This document shows, piece after piece, positions 25,646 to 39,800 of a stretch of DNA of 64,000 bases. A model generated the notes under the pieces. It was given only the letters and a program-made list of their open reading frames with translations. It made no database searches and had not been told where the DNA came from. Origin of the DNA: Camelus dromedarius (lineage: Eukaryota). Within the stretch, counting starts at the first letter, position 1, and each line of letters opens with the position of its first letter. Location of the stretch: the NCBI RefSeq assembly GCF_036321535.1, contig NC_087437.1:63056001-63120000 (forward strand), in the 5' to 3' direction. Made by a program: the position numbers and the translations under genes.

Positions 25646-28600
25646 CCAAATAAACCCATCCACAGACGTCCTCAGCTACCCTCAGGGCCGAGCCTGCTGG
25701 GCTCTGCCAGCACAGGGGCTCCGCCTCCCTTAGAGCAGGTGGCCCTCACTCAGAAGCCAGCCTTCCTTCCTTCTGCCACCAGCCTGGGTCCCAGTGATTT
25801 CCATGGAGGAAAACCCTCTGAGGGCTCAGTCACAGGTATAAACCTGAATGCGCCAAGGGAGGTCATAGAAAGCCAGCAGAGAAACCTAAGGAAGGGGGAC
25901 AGGTTTGAAACTTCAAACTAAACAGGAAGGGCTCAAAAAGGTCCTCGCCCTCACCCACAGCCAGCTCAGAGGCTCTGAAAGCTGTGTGTCAGTGGGATAA
26001 TTACCTGCGGGAGACCCCAGGGAGGCCCCGCCCCCAATGTGTGCTACTCTGGGAGCCACCTGCTGGCCCACAGGTCCTGTCCTTGTCTGGTTGCAGTGAC
26101 TGGCCCCAGCAACACTACTGGCCAGCTGGATGGCCCTGGGCAGCTCACTACACTCCCTGGACAGAATTCCACCCTTTTAAAGGGAAGGGGTTGGCCTGGC
26201 TGACTTCTATAAACCCTTCCTGCCTCAAGCTCTCAGATGCTAATCCAGCTAGTTCTTTTAAAATCCACTTCAGGTTATACATTCAATTAACTGTCTCTGA
26301 TGACATCCATTGAATTGGTTTACTTATTTAACAACTGCTTGGAAAACATTTAGTTTGTCTTCTCTAGTGGGTCCTGGAATTTCTACTGGATTGAAGCTTT
26401 CCCGAGGGCAAGAACTGCCCTCAATAGTCTTCAAGTGTAGCCTGAAAAAAACCAGAGGATTATTTGACCTCTCTCTAAGTTGGTGGGTATGTAAGAACTA
26501 AACAACTGTCCCATCTATGCACAGAATTCAATCTGGACCAATTTGCAGGTGTCCTAATGGAGGATTCCATCCCAGTCGGGGCTGCGGTCGGGGGAATGGT
26601 TCTTGTCTTCCTCCAGGTCCAAAACAGGGAATTTATCTTCAGCAAATAAGTTCTGAAGCCTGAGTATCCTGCAAAGGAAAACAGCCTCCAGTCTAGGGAT
26701 AAGAGGACGTTCTCTTTCAGGACAGAGAATCAGGGTGGAGCATGACCTGGCACTAGGGTCAGACCTTGCCTTGAGCACCAGGCCAAAAAGAGTTTCTGTG
26801 CAAGACCTGGCACAAAAATTGCTATCAATGTAACAGATAAAATTCCAGCTCAGGACTGCACAAAATAGTTTGAGACAAAAGGGGGAAAATTGACTGGTTT
26901 TAAGGTTTTTGAGTAGCTCTCAAAACCAAGGCTGGTCCTTGCTTGATCCAGAATGAGGTAAGGGGGAGGGGGAGGAGGGAGGCTCTGACAGAAAGGGGAA
27001 GAAGGAGGACAATCAGGATGCACACTTGGATGATGTCAGTAAATGATTCGGAAGAACATCTGCCCTAGCTGAGTCATGGTGGCTCTCACAAAGTGCTTCT
27101 GTCTAGGTTCCAGGAGAAACGGGCTGGCTGTCATACTTGCTCAATTTAGAAACAGGAACACTTCTCCTTGGTGAGACAGCATCCACTCCCAGCTCCCGCA
27201 CAATGCTCCTCCATGCTCCATCCTCTGTCATAGAGCCAGTCCACCCATCCAGCCTGGGCATTCCCTATGGGTACAGCCCCTCACAAAGGAAAGTGAACAT
27301 CCCAAGGAGACCTAGGTCTGGCTTCAGTGACTTCGTGTCTTGAAGAGAGAGCCTGGCGTTGGCTCCGAGGACCCTGGAGGTGAGACACTGCCCTTTCCCT
27401 TCAGGGAGATCCCAGTCTAAGGGGATTCAGACAACTTGCAGGTGCTGCTCTGCAAACTTCCTGCCAAACCAGACTCCTTGTCCTTGCCTTCAGGGGATTT
27501 GTCACCTCTCAGGGAGAAAACCTTGTGAACAACTGGAATTCGTGGAAGAGATGGGACCCATCACCACTACATGATGAGTTTTCTGGATTCAAAGTCTTTT
27601 TCAAATTTTTTTCAAGTTATTTTGTTCTGCACAGGTGATGCTGTTCTTTTCATAAAGAAATTCTTTATAAGTCTTTTTATCTAAAGCAATCCAAGAAGAG
27701 ATGAGATGGAGAGAAACAGGTGAGAGGAAAGCCTTCTTCTTTTAGTAAAAGCTACAGTGGCAAACTGGTACAGAAATTTTCGGCAACAAGTAAGTGTATT
27801 CACCAGGGTTATACTCTCAGCCCCCAGAAGCCCTAGGTAGTAATGTTTCTCTTGTTCTCATTTTCCACGTTCAGAGAAAGAAAACAGAATCTGAAAGGGA
27901 AGGTTTGAAAAGACAAATGAAGACTTTTATCTTCAATGTGTGTGACTGATGCAAACAGTGAGGAAGACAGTAGAAATTCCAAGAGATAAGTATGTTTGGG
28001 GTGCTGTGACTTCAGATCTACCTAACACTAAAGACAAACCAATAGGAAAGAATTTTTTAAAGGATTTTATCTTACAAAAGGAAGTTAAGAACTGGTATAG
28101 AGATTCTGCATTATTTAAGCATTTTCCCCCAAAATAGCATCATTATAAAATTCCACTGGCAATAAAATTTCAACTGGCAATTACTACATACTCCAGCTAA
28201 ATATTTTCACAAACATTATTTAATATTTACTAAAATTGTCTTAAGAAAGATAATATTAAACTCATTTTGTGGTTGAGGAAAAATAATTGTTGTTTAGTGG
28301 TTACATAAGTTTCAATACAAAATTAAAAAGTAAAGCCTGGAAAAATCTAAGGTCTAATGAGGAGAGAGTAGACTATTACCATTTGGAGCCTCTGACCAAA
28401 CCCATCTGTATCTTCCAGGCCGCTGAGCTGAGGTACTCCGCCACTTGGTGGCAGCATACATAATCTGCCAGAAGTACACGTATGTACTAAAAGCAGTCTC
28501 TCTACAAAACTGAAATATTGTAACATGAAGTGTAAGGATCCAATACATGCTCAAAAATACACCAAACACTAGTGAGGGGCACATGAAAGAACCTAACCAA

Positions 28601-30814
28601 TGACAGGTGAAGAGAGAAATACAAAACATGCTGCAAACAATTATGTAACGGGGAAGAAAGAAACCACCCCAAATCTGGAAACTGCCGAGGAAAAAATAAA
28701 TCCTTTCCCTCAACACCACACTGTCCCTCCAGCATCTATATTCAGGGAGTGCTCCCATTTCCAACATTCCAGCCAAATGAATCTGAACTAAATTTAAATC
28801 ATCTTGATTTCCCAGCATGAATTCTTGAAATTCTGTATGCGCTGGGGCTTATTTCACCTGAAACGCTGAAGTTTACCTAATGTGAGAGGGACCAGAAACA
28901 TCAGCTTCCTAATCAGCCTGCTGTTGGTAAGCCACAAACTTCAGAAGCCTAAAAAGAAAATAAATGACCCCACCTAAGCTTTAGAGGCCCATTCAGCATT
29001 GCTACCCAGAGACAAACTCCAGGAAGACCCAAGTTTCTCAGTGGAAGGCAGATAAGGATCTCAGTTCAGGTGAGCAGAGGTTAACAATCACTTTGGGCCA
29101 AGCCAGGAACTAACTGAGCAACTAGCCAAGCAGCTGAAATAGACCCAGAGGCAAAACTAAAGATTCACCAAGAGCAAAGAACAATTAAGTCTTTATAGAC
29201 TTTTTATCAGATCCGAACTGTAATGAATGGTCCCCGTTAAGATGCCTATTAGCTTAGGAAAGTAAAAGGAATCCTAACCTGGGAGACCCCAAGGGGCAGT
29301 CCCTGTGGCCAATTCCTTTCCACTTTTCATATCCAGAATCAGGGTTAGTTAGGTGCATAATACATGACCCTAAATTAGGGTCCCTGATGATGGTGTTAAG
29401 ACTGTTTGCACAGTGGGGTTTGGGCAATGATGAGAATATAAACATAAATTTGGAGAAATATAAAGGCTTGGAAGTTTATGGCAAGGCATATTGGAAGTAC
29501 AAACTGGGAAATTTGGAAAGAAATGCAGCAATGTATATCACTAGCCTTAAAAAAAAATCCATGATTGCCCCAAATCTATCCCAAAGAAACCGTTAAAATG
29601 TAGACAAAAGTTTAGACACAAAGATGTTTACTGAGAGTTATTTACAGCAATGAAGTTTTGGAAATGACTCAGATGTCTAATTAAAGAGGTTGGTTGAAAT
29701 ATGGTGCATCCCAAGACACACTATTATGCAAAAAAAGTTTTTACCATTATGTAAATATTCTTAGGGTATAATGTTGAGTGGAATAAAACAGAAGCAAAAT
29801 TAAATAAATAATATGATTCAACTATGTTTTAAAAAATCTCCAAAGAAAAAAGACAGGAAGGAAAAATGTCAATATATTAATTGTTTCTATTTCTAGTGGG
29901 TAGAGTTACAAGTGGCTTTTTTAAATTATTTCTATTTTTTAAAAAAATTATTTCTACTTTCTGCATTTATTTTCCATAATAAGGAAAGAGTTTTATAATT
30001 TGAAAAAGAGGCCAAGACTTTATCACACTACTAGGCATATATATTCATTCACTTAGTATTTAAAAAAAATTTTTTCAGTATTTACTATAAGCCTGTTAGG
30101 GGATACTGATCTTACTACTATCACTCCTATTCCTACTAGCTCTAATTCTAACCTTAACCAACACCCCAACCCCGCCTTTGACAAAGCTGTCCTAGAGACA
30201 ATGGACAAGTGACAAAACAAGGTCCCCTCTTCTAAGCAAGGAAAGGGGAAGAAACTGCCACTTGCCGCCTGCCCCTGCTGTGTGCCAAGTTCTAGGCTAG
30301 GTACCTCGCACATGCTCTCAGGCAATCCTCACTACTGTTGTGTCTGGTCATGTCTCTATGCCTGTTCCACAGGCAAGGAAATTTGTCAGCTAGCACACAC
30401 ACTTCTCCTCCTAGAGGAGAGGGTTCAGACGTCCATTCTTCCTGGGTTGGAACCCCATGCATAATTTCTAGGGTCGGTATTCGTCATTGAGCCCACTCTT
30501 TCTCCTCTAGTAGTCCACAGTTCCACTCCCATCAAGTCAGGGGCGATGTGCAAACCTCCCTCTGAGGGTCATATTGAAGATCATGAAGAAAAAACAACAC
30601 CCCCTTCTCCATCAGGAATCCTTCTGTCGGATGCTGGGTCCTTGATTTATCACCTAAGGGCATTTGCTGGAAGCATTCCTGGAATACTCAGGGCTGCTTC
30701 TCATAGTTACTTCATGAGCACATGGTTTCCACCTCTGATTGTTCAGGTTATTGTTCTCCAGGGAATCAAATACGCTTGTCTCTGCATTTGAAGCCTCACA
30801 GCTGGCTCTCACCC

Positions 30815-30865
<51 letters not shown>

Positions 30866-33800
30866 TGCTTTTCACAGGGTTTCCACAAGCCCCTTTGGCT
30901 CCTCTGCCCCATTAAGGACTCTGCCAGCACATACACAGAAATGCCAAGTCCAGCAGTGGCATGGTCAGGGAAGTGAACAGCTTCAAAGTGTGTATCAGCT
31001 GACTGCTACCTACCACCAGAACCATGCTTCTGACACCACAGCAATGCAAGATTGAACCAGGTAGGTGACTAAGTGAAAGAAACATCTCAGCCCCAAGGAA
31101 ATGGAACAGGATGACCTACTGTAGAATACAACGGAGCCCACCCCCAGCATTCTAGGCTTTATGTTCAGGGTTCCCACTACAGACAGTCTTTCACTCATCT
31201 CTTTGAATAGTTTCCATGGTTTTAAGTGCTTTTGTTTTTTCACTCCATCTTTTAGTGTAATTTAGTGACTGAAAAATAGTTGACAATAGTCCACAGATGA
31301 ACATAAATGAGTGGCGTTTAAAACTGAACACAAAATCTAGGGGAGGAAGTCTGAGGTATCCCTTGCCCCCACCTTCACTACCCTGCCCATCCACAGACAC
31401 CATCGGCCTTGGCCAGAGGAAACCTGAGTTTTAGTCATTTCCCACCTGCAACAATCTTCACATTTAGATTTTATGTTCCTTAGCAGCAGAGAAGACACTA
31501 TTTGCTATTCAGAGCTTGTGCTGCATATACCTAACAATAAGTACAATTAACTGATATTGCTGAGAAATTTGTACAGAATGTGGGAACCATAACAGAAATT
31601 ACAAGCCCTCTAAACATAAGCAACAACAACAACAAAACGGATCTGAAAAGCTATAAGCTTTAGGCAAATGTCATCATTGGCCCTGTCTTCCGGACCTTCC
31701 ATCACTACTCCCCACATCTCCCTTTAATTGATGATCCTAGAGCAAAGGGCAAGATGCCAACAACACCTCTCAGCAGGTCCTTACAACAGACACATTCAGT
31801 GACGACAGTTTACATAGCTTGAGTTCTCTCATGCTGAATACAGTGGGAGGAAACCCTTGCAGTTTTGACCTCATCTTTTACTGTCTTTCTGGCTCTCTCT
31901 GATTCTATTTTCTGGTGATGCTGACATAGACAGTGCTGGCTATAAGCCCAATTTATCTCTTGCTGAAATCAGTAGAACACGGGCAAATGTTATTAAACAA
32001 TAAGCTTTGAATATTGGCACCTTAGTTTGATCAGCATTACAGAATGTCCCATCTTAATTTCTTGTCATCTTCCCTCATCAGTATGACACCTGCTTTCTTT
32101 TCTGGCACACTCAGCACCTCAGTGGCACTGCTAAGAACAGAGTTAAGTGGCAGGCATATCAAAGGGTTAACAACTGGTGCCCTTAGGAGCAGTAGAAAGA
32201 TGATCATGACAAAGCAGAAAACAATGATGAAGAAGAGGAAGAGTTCAATGCAATAAAAATAACGGGTTTCTTTACTAGATACTTAGAAATTCCTATTCCA
32301 AGCATATGGTCAACTTCCAATAATCACAGTCGGTAGATTATCCACACTGTGAGCCATGCCTGGGCAATTGTTTACTCTCAGGCTAGATTTTCGATGTGTG
32401 TCTCAATTTCTAGGGATATTCATCAACTGATTCTGAGTATTTCGTTTCCACTCCTTTCACGTACAAGTAATTGCAAGCACACAGCAGGGCAGGAGGCCAA
32501 AAATCTAGATAAGTGTAGGACTGATGACAGAAAAGATAATACAAGAATTCACCAAGATCCCTATTCATGTCCTGGCTCATAGTAGGCACTCAATAAATAT
32601 TCATTGAATTGAATGAATGGAGTTGTTAGGAAGTTGAACTAGAAGACCGTTAAGGCAGATCTTCCTACCCTAGTATTCTATGATTCCTCAGAATAAGATA
32701 ACAGAAACATTAGAGAAGTCCCAGGAGATAGATACTCAAACTCATCAGGAGCAAAAAAGGGAAACTGGAAAGGACTCATCTCAGGCTGAGATGGATCCCA
32801 AAAGAGTGACTAGTAGTGTTCCAAACTGTCACACCTCAGGATGACATTTGGCCCAGGTGATGCCTCAAAATTCCCACTCAGAGTCTAAAGGGACTGGGAA
32901 GCAGTTCTCTGAGGATTTTAAGATGTAGACAAGATCTGAATTGAAATTCTATACCTTAACTTATTTAGGGAACCTGAGGAGAGTGTATGTTGGTGCAGGT
33001 GGTAATACTGTTTTGAGGTCCTAGATTTTATGATGTATTTTCCCCCAATATCATAGAAACACAGAATTCAGGGCAGGGAAGCTTCTTAGAAATGATCTAA
33101 TCCAGCCTCCAACCCACTGGAGGAATCCTTCCTACAGTCTTCAGCAACAGCTCACTTTCTCCAGAGGCAGCAGCATTACTGCTGGACAGCTCCCACCTGG
33201 GCAGATTCTTTCCCCACCTGAGTCCCTAACTTCTACCCATTGATGCAACAGAGGCCATGCTTGTCCCCTCCTCTTTGGGGCGGCTCTCCTGATACTTGAA
33301 GTCAGGAATCACTTTTCTTCCATTTTCACTCCTGCCAGAAAACACCCTTCAGTCCTTCAACTGCAGAGACAGTTTGTGGATCCCCCAATATGCTGTTCCC
33401 CCTACAATACTCTAACTGGTCCATGTAGCTCTTAAATGGGGTTGGCAGGGTTCAATGTTGCAGGGTTGAATGTAGTGGTCCAGATGTGGCCGGGCCTTCA
33501 CACAGGACAGTGGGGCTATTTCCTCCCATTCATTTCACACAACCAGCCTTCCTCCCAGCCCCTCTTGGATTTTGTCCCCCTTCACCCAGCAGCACCCATC
33601 CTTCCTTTCAAATTGCTTCCCATCTGTTTTTTGTTCCATCTTCGCTTAATAAGTCAGAATTAAGAAAAGTGTTCTTCCAATCCCTTTATTCTAAAGGAAA
33701 GATGAGTGTGCTTTAGCTACAGGGAAGTGACAAACCTATCAGAAAAGAAAACGTTATCATTCATATTCATAAAGGGTACAGTATGGTAATTCATAAATTA

Positions 33801-36800
33801 TCACAACTGTCTGTTTAATCACCTGTTCTAGAATAGTGCCCAAAATGGCATCAAACTGACTGGTTCTTTAGATTCTGGGATCTTCTTTCATCACTTACTG
33901 GTCTTATTTCCTTGTCTTCTGCTGGCTGGTTCATCCCCTGTGCTACCAGCACAGTCATATACTGTGCTGTTCTTTATAGTCACTGGTTTGGCACTGGGTA
34001 ATACCCAGGTTTTCCTTAACTTTCTCAAAATGTCTATTCTTGCTTACCATGAATTCCAAATCTGCCTGCATATAGAGGCTTTAAATACATGTTAAATAAA
34101 TAAATGATGAATAAATGCTTGAATAAATGAATGTCAAATGTCACCCACAAGTGATTACACCAGACTGGAGAGCCCACCTACGCCCACAGGCTCCTGTCTT
34201 TCCAGCCAACTTGACCATGACCCTGAATAGATAATTTCTTCTCATCAATATCACCTGCCTGGTCTAGCTATTCATTTGTAGTTTCCCTTCTTTCCCAAAG
34301 CCATGGCTAAGCAGAAGAGTGGTAAACACTGATGCACTGAGTCCTTCAGCTTCCTCCCCAGACTTCACTGTCTTTAGATAGTTCCGTTCCAGGTTTTGTT
34401 TTCAACAGTCATTATGTGTGATCCTGGGGCCAACAGAATTAGGAAGTGATGGGTAGGCATGACTAGTTGGTAAACTCCTCAGTCTGCCAGGTACACACAA
34501 TCTTGGTGAACACAGGCCCCTTGGGAGGGAGGCAGTAGGCACACCAGGACACTAAAAGTTGCCTCCCACCTGCCAGAACCTGTGAAGAACGTTTTATGTT
34601 CTCAAGAGCCCAGGAAGCAATGCTTGTGACCACCCTCTGAGAAGCAGAGAGCCTGCATCTAGTACGCTCCTTCAATGATAACATATTGTTTCTCTTTTTT
34701 CATGACCTTCCTTTCAACCCCTCTTGAGTTTTGTTCCCCTTCACCCAGCAGAAACCTTTTCCTTTTTAATTGCTTCCAATCTGTTTTGTCCCATCTTTCC
34801 TTAACGAGTCAGAATTAAGAAAAGTGTTCTTCCAATTCTCTCACCTTCTTTTCTAAAGAAAAAAATCAGTGTGCATTAGCTGCAGGGATGTGATAAACCT
34901 ACCAGAAAGAAAAACATACCCTTCATATCTCTCAGCATCTCAAATTTCTTCTGGCTCTAACTGAACTCAGAGTCTGTCATGGGTCCCCATGAAAACTTTT
35001 CCTGTAAATTTCTTAAGAAAATGTCTGGTTTTATGCCTGTTACTAGTATACTTAGGGAAGCTGCTTTTAAAACTGCTTAACCCCTAGATAACTAAATTGC
35101 TAAATTACTACATCAATCATGGGTTATTTAACCCATCTCCTTGCCTCCAAGACAGATGGGAATATTTCTTCTATATAAAGACCTCTAAGGGAAAAAAAAA
35201 TCTTCTATTCTATTCTTCATCCATGTCTCATGCATTCAGTTTGGAAGTTCTTCTTTGGCTATAACCTAAATCACTTTCATTGAAGCTTAAGATCTTTTCT
35301 GGTTCCCTGTGGATACCATAAAGAAAAAAAAAAAAACCCTATTCGATGTCTATTTGTTCACAGCCTTCTGCTTGGAGCTCTTGAGGTCTCCCTGTTCTTT
35401 TCAACACCCTTCCAAGCATGTGACGACTGCTCTTAAATCCTCTTTGCCACCTGCCCATCACCACCCACCAACCCCTGAACAATCGTCTCCCCCCGAAGCT
35501 CTTCCAAATGCAGTGTTTGCCTCACTTGACACCTGCTCCAAGAACTTAATGGGCATGTTCAACAGTTATCCAAGGTCTCCCAGCAAAGGCAGAGCTCCTT
35601 TCTGCCATTTACTAATTCTCTTGTAAAGTGCACAGAGAATGATGAAGGTTCTGAAAGCCACTTCTCCTTTGCCACAACAAACACTTAACAGGCTCCAACC
35701 CCCCTAAGAGACAGAGAACAGAGATCTCACTGGTTGCCAGTGAGGATGGGGAGAGTGCTGGAGTCAGGAGGGTTGAGTTCTGCGCCAGGCTCTGCCACTG
35801 ACCACCACTACCCCCATAAGCAACTCTAACTCCCACAGACCCTGTTGCCTAAGCAGAACATGACGTGTATTTGTCTATATGACTTCTTAGGGATCTTCTG
35901 GCTCTCACGTTCTATGATTCCCCTACTAGGCAAAGGCCTCTCCTCCTTGTCCTCCTTAAAAGATACAGACCATGTCCTTGGCATGTCTCCCTCATTACCC
36001 TCTGAGGCCAGCACCACCTGGAAACACTTAGAAACCAGTGTTTCTCAAAATTTGTTTAGTCATCACCTCTCACCCCAAAAAGGACTTTTTGTACTTTTTT
36101 CCTTATTCACCCACCCAATGAAATTTTAATACCATGAATATACTGTATATCTGTTTATGTATTATGTATATAGCTGTGCTTAATACATAGAAGAGTAAGG
36201 TTTTTTTGCTATCCCCAAGAATCAAATTTCATCTCCCTTGGAGGCAATATTACCCCTGTTGAAAATGCATGACCTGGATTAAGCTGAAGGCTGCCTCTTG
36301 CATGATATAAGTGGAGTTATTTGCCCTAAACTCCAAAAGCCACAAACATATTCACAGGCCAGAGGTTTTAGAAAAAATCCATTACACAAGCCAGAGTGGA
36401 ATCAGCCAGAATTTCCATTTCCCCGAGGTAAAGAGCAGCTTCCCATCCCTCCTCCCCAGGCCACACTGTCTCCTCTTCCAGGGCCTGCCTGGGTCCTCTT
36501 AGCCTGGGACCTTCACCTCTGCCTATGGTTCTCACATTCAGCTCCCACTCCACTCCTATGATCCCAGCAGAAACAATGGGAATGGTGGGAATGAGGTGAA
36601 CAATGGGTGATGACGTTCCAGGAATAATCAGAATCAAGTCCAAGGGCAGAAACAGCAGGGCCCCTGGCAGGGATGCAGGCTCATTCCAACTCACTTGCAT
36701 CAGTCCAGCTTCCCCCTCCCTCCCTGAAGGACGTCCCCTTCGCCTTACCTTGGCACGCTGGCCAGATAGGTTACAAGTTTCCGCAGGTCTTCCTGTCTTA

Positions 36801-39800
36801 TTCTGTCATGATTGCTGCGAGCAGGGAAGGTTAGGATGGGCCCACCTCGTTTATCACGGCCCCCTACAGGGAGGAAGAGAAGGGAGTTTAAGAAAACCAG
36901 CCAGAAAGTGTGCCACCGAGGAAAAAGAATTCACCTGATTGCTGGATGAAACAGGCAGAAATCAGGTACCTAGAGAAATTCTGGTAACCACTTAAGGCCA
37001 GGGTATGGGGTTTGGATGTGGGGAACATGAGTGACCTTGAGCAAGTCGTTTGACTTCTCTGATGCCTCATCTGCAAAGTGTAGATGAACATAATGATGAC
37101 TACATGACAGGGTTGCTGCAAGACCTAAGATGGCACATGAGGAAGCACTTTGAAAAGTACTATCTACAAATGTGAGATGATAACTGCTCTTACTGAGAAA
37201 ACAAGCCATTGAAAGTGCTGTGGTCTTTGGAAATTCAATCTCCAGCTCACTTCTCTTGGCAGACCTCTGTGAGGGGGAGTGCTCAGGATTAACTGACTAC
37301 CATGGTGAGAAGCCCTGCGAGCAACCACCCGGGACGTCACTGCTCGGAGGTTTTTATTTATTTATTTATTTAAACATTTTTTATTGATTTATAATCAGTT
37401 TACAATGCTGTGTCAAATTCCAGTGTAGAGCACAATTTTTCAGTTATCCATGAACATATATATATTCATTGTCACATTTTTTTCTCTGTGAGCTACCATA
37501 AGATCTTGTATATATTTCCCTGTGCTATACGGTATAATCTTGTTTATCTATTTTACAGTTTTGAAATCCCAATCTATCTCTTCCCATCCCCCGCCCCCTT
37601 GGCAACCACAAGTTTGTATTCTATGTCTGTGAGTCTATTTCTGTTTTGTATTTATGCTTTGTTTGTTTTGTTTTGCTTTTTAGATTCCACATATGAGCGA
37701 TCTCATATGGTATTTTTCTTTCTCTTTCTGGCTTACTTTACTTAGAATGACATTCTCCAGGAGCATCCATGTTGCTGCAAATGGCATTATGTTGTCAGTT
37801 TTTATGGCTGAGTAGTATTCCATTGTATAAATATACCACTTCTTCTTTATCCAGTCATCTGTCGATGGACATTTAGGCTGTTTCCATGTCTTGGCTATTG
37901 TAAATAATGCTGCTATGAACATTGGGGTGCAGGTGTCATCCTGAAGTAGGGTTCCTTCTGGATATATGCCCAGGAGCAGGATTCCTGGGTCATATGGTAA
38001 GTCTGTTCCTAGTCTTTTGAGGAATCTCCATACTGTTTTCCACAGTGGCTGCACCAAACTGCATTCCCACCAGCAGTGAAGGAGGGTTCCGTTTTCTCCA
38101 CAGCCTCACTCGGAGGTTTTTAGATTCACAGAAAAGACACTAAGTGTTTTCTACACAGCCAAGGATCCACCCTGCCTGCCTGCTTGAGGTGCCACCTGTC
38201 ACTCCTGCTGAAGGAACAAATGAATCTTTATTGGAAATAAGGATGCTCAAGGTCTTAATCGCTGCAAATGCATGTGTACACACTATAATTATAAATGTTT
38301 TCTAAATATCACGTTAAAAAACAAGCCAGAAGGAGTATATTGAGATGACGATCATTGTTTGCTATCAGAAGGCTGAAATTTTACGTGGTTGCTTTTTCTT
38401 TCCTCTATTTTTCAAATTTTCTATTCACTATTTATTCTAAGATTTTAAAAATTACTCACTAATGGGTGCTGTGATTAGAAAGCAGGATCAAGTTTCTCAG
38501 GAGGGTTAGACCAGGACGAAGCTAAGGTTAGTAAACGTCTCCTTATGGGCACTGGCTATAACACAAAGAAAACCTCTATGTCAAGATCAGAGATGCCCCA
38601 TCCTGCATGCACCTCAGGCTGCAGCCCAATATCCCCCAGAGCAGGGACCACAAGGGGATCTAATGCAAGAGGGAGGAGGGGTTGGCATGGCCACCACCAA
38701 TACTGGAAAAGAAACTTAAAGCTTGGCCCTCTGAAGAAGGACGTTTCCCAAGGAAAAGCAGTGCCTCCCAGGGCCCCCACCCAAGTATAAGTTCACAAAT
38801 AATGTTTCCTTCTAATTGTGGGGTCCAGAAACCACAAGACAGAACAGAGGCCTAACAAACAAAATCCAATCCATTCCAGGGATTCCTACTCCTGAGGAAG
38901 AAAGAAGGAGACTGCAAGGAGAAAAGGATCAAAAAAGATCAGGGCCACTGAGAGACTTGGCCCTGAAAAAGAAGCACCACTGTCCCCTCCCTACAGCCCC
39001 CAACCAGGGCAGATTTGTGTAAATATACCACAGAGTTGGGCCCCGGCCCCCAACTCCAAACCTTCCATAGCACAAGCCCTGGTTATATGTACAGATAACC
39101 AGCCCCATCTCATCTATCTTGGAAGTGGTTCCTGTCTCCCAGATGACTTCCACACGAGGAAAGGGAAGTGAAGGGATCAAGTGGAGAGTTTCTCCAAAGC
39201 TGGGAGTTTCTCCCACACTCTCAAACTTCCCCTCCAGCCTTGACCTCACCGGAAGGATTGTCACTCTTGGGTATTTTACCTGCAGCTGTCGCCTTTCTCC
39301 TGACCTTCTGTGGACAGTTTAAGAGTAGAACTATGGAAACATGGGGAGCCAAGGCTGGTCTGATGGTAAAGGCCAACTAAGAGGTTGAAAGGGCTGTTGG
39401 CACTGTCCCTCCTTCTCAGCAGCCAGTTCTGCCCTGGGAGACAGGAGTTTCATAAGTTTTGGCTGTGGAAGATCCCAGAGTGCAGGGGAGAGGAGGTAAG
39501 GGGACAAGGCCTGGGGAAGTGTAATCCCTTCCCTCCAGGAAGTATGGATAAGGAGTCCAGAGGCGCAGCAGGATCAAGCCAGGTATTTTGCAGAAAGGAG
39601 GTGACCTTGCAAGTTGTAGGAAGAAGAGGAGGAACGAGCATGGAAGAAGAGAATCATTAGGCTGGAAAGAGTGGGGACAATGGGCAGATCAAGGCTTCAG
39701 AGAAGGTACAAGGGGAGGGTCCTGCCCCTTTCTCTGCAGCAGACTGATAGACCTCACAGAGCGAGGAGGAAACAAAGATAAATTATGGAAAGAGAAGAGT

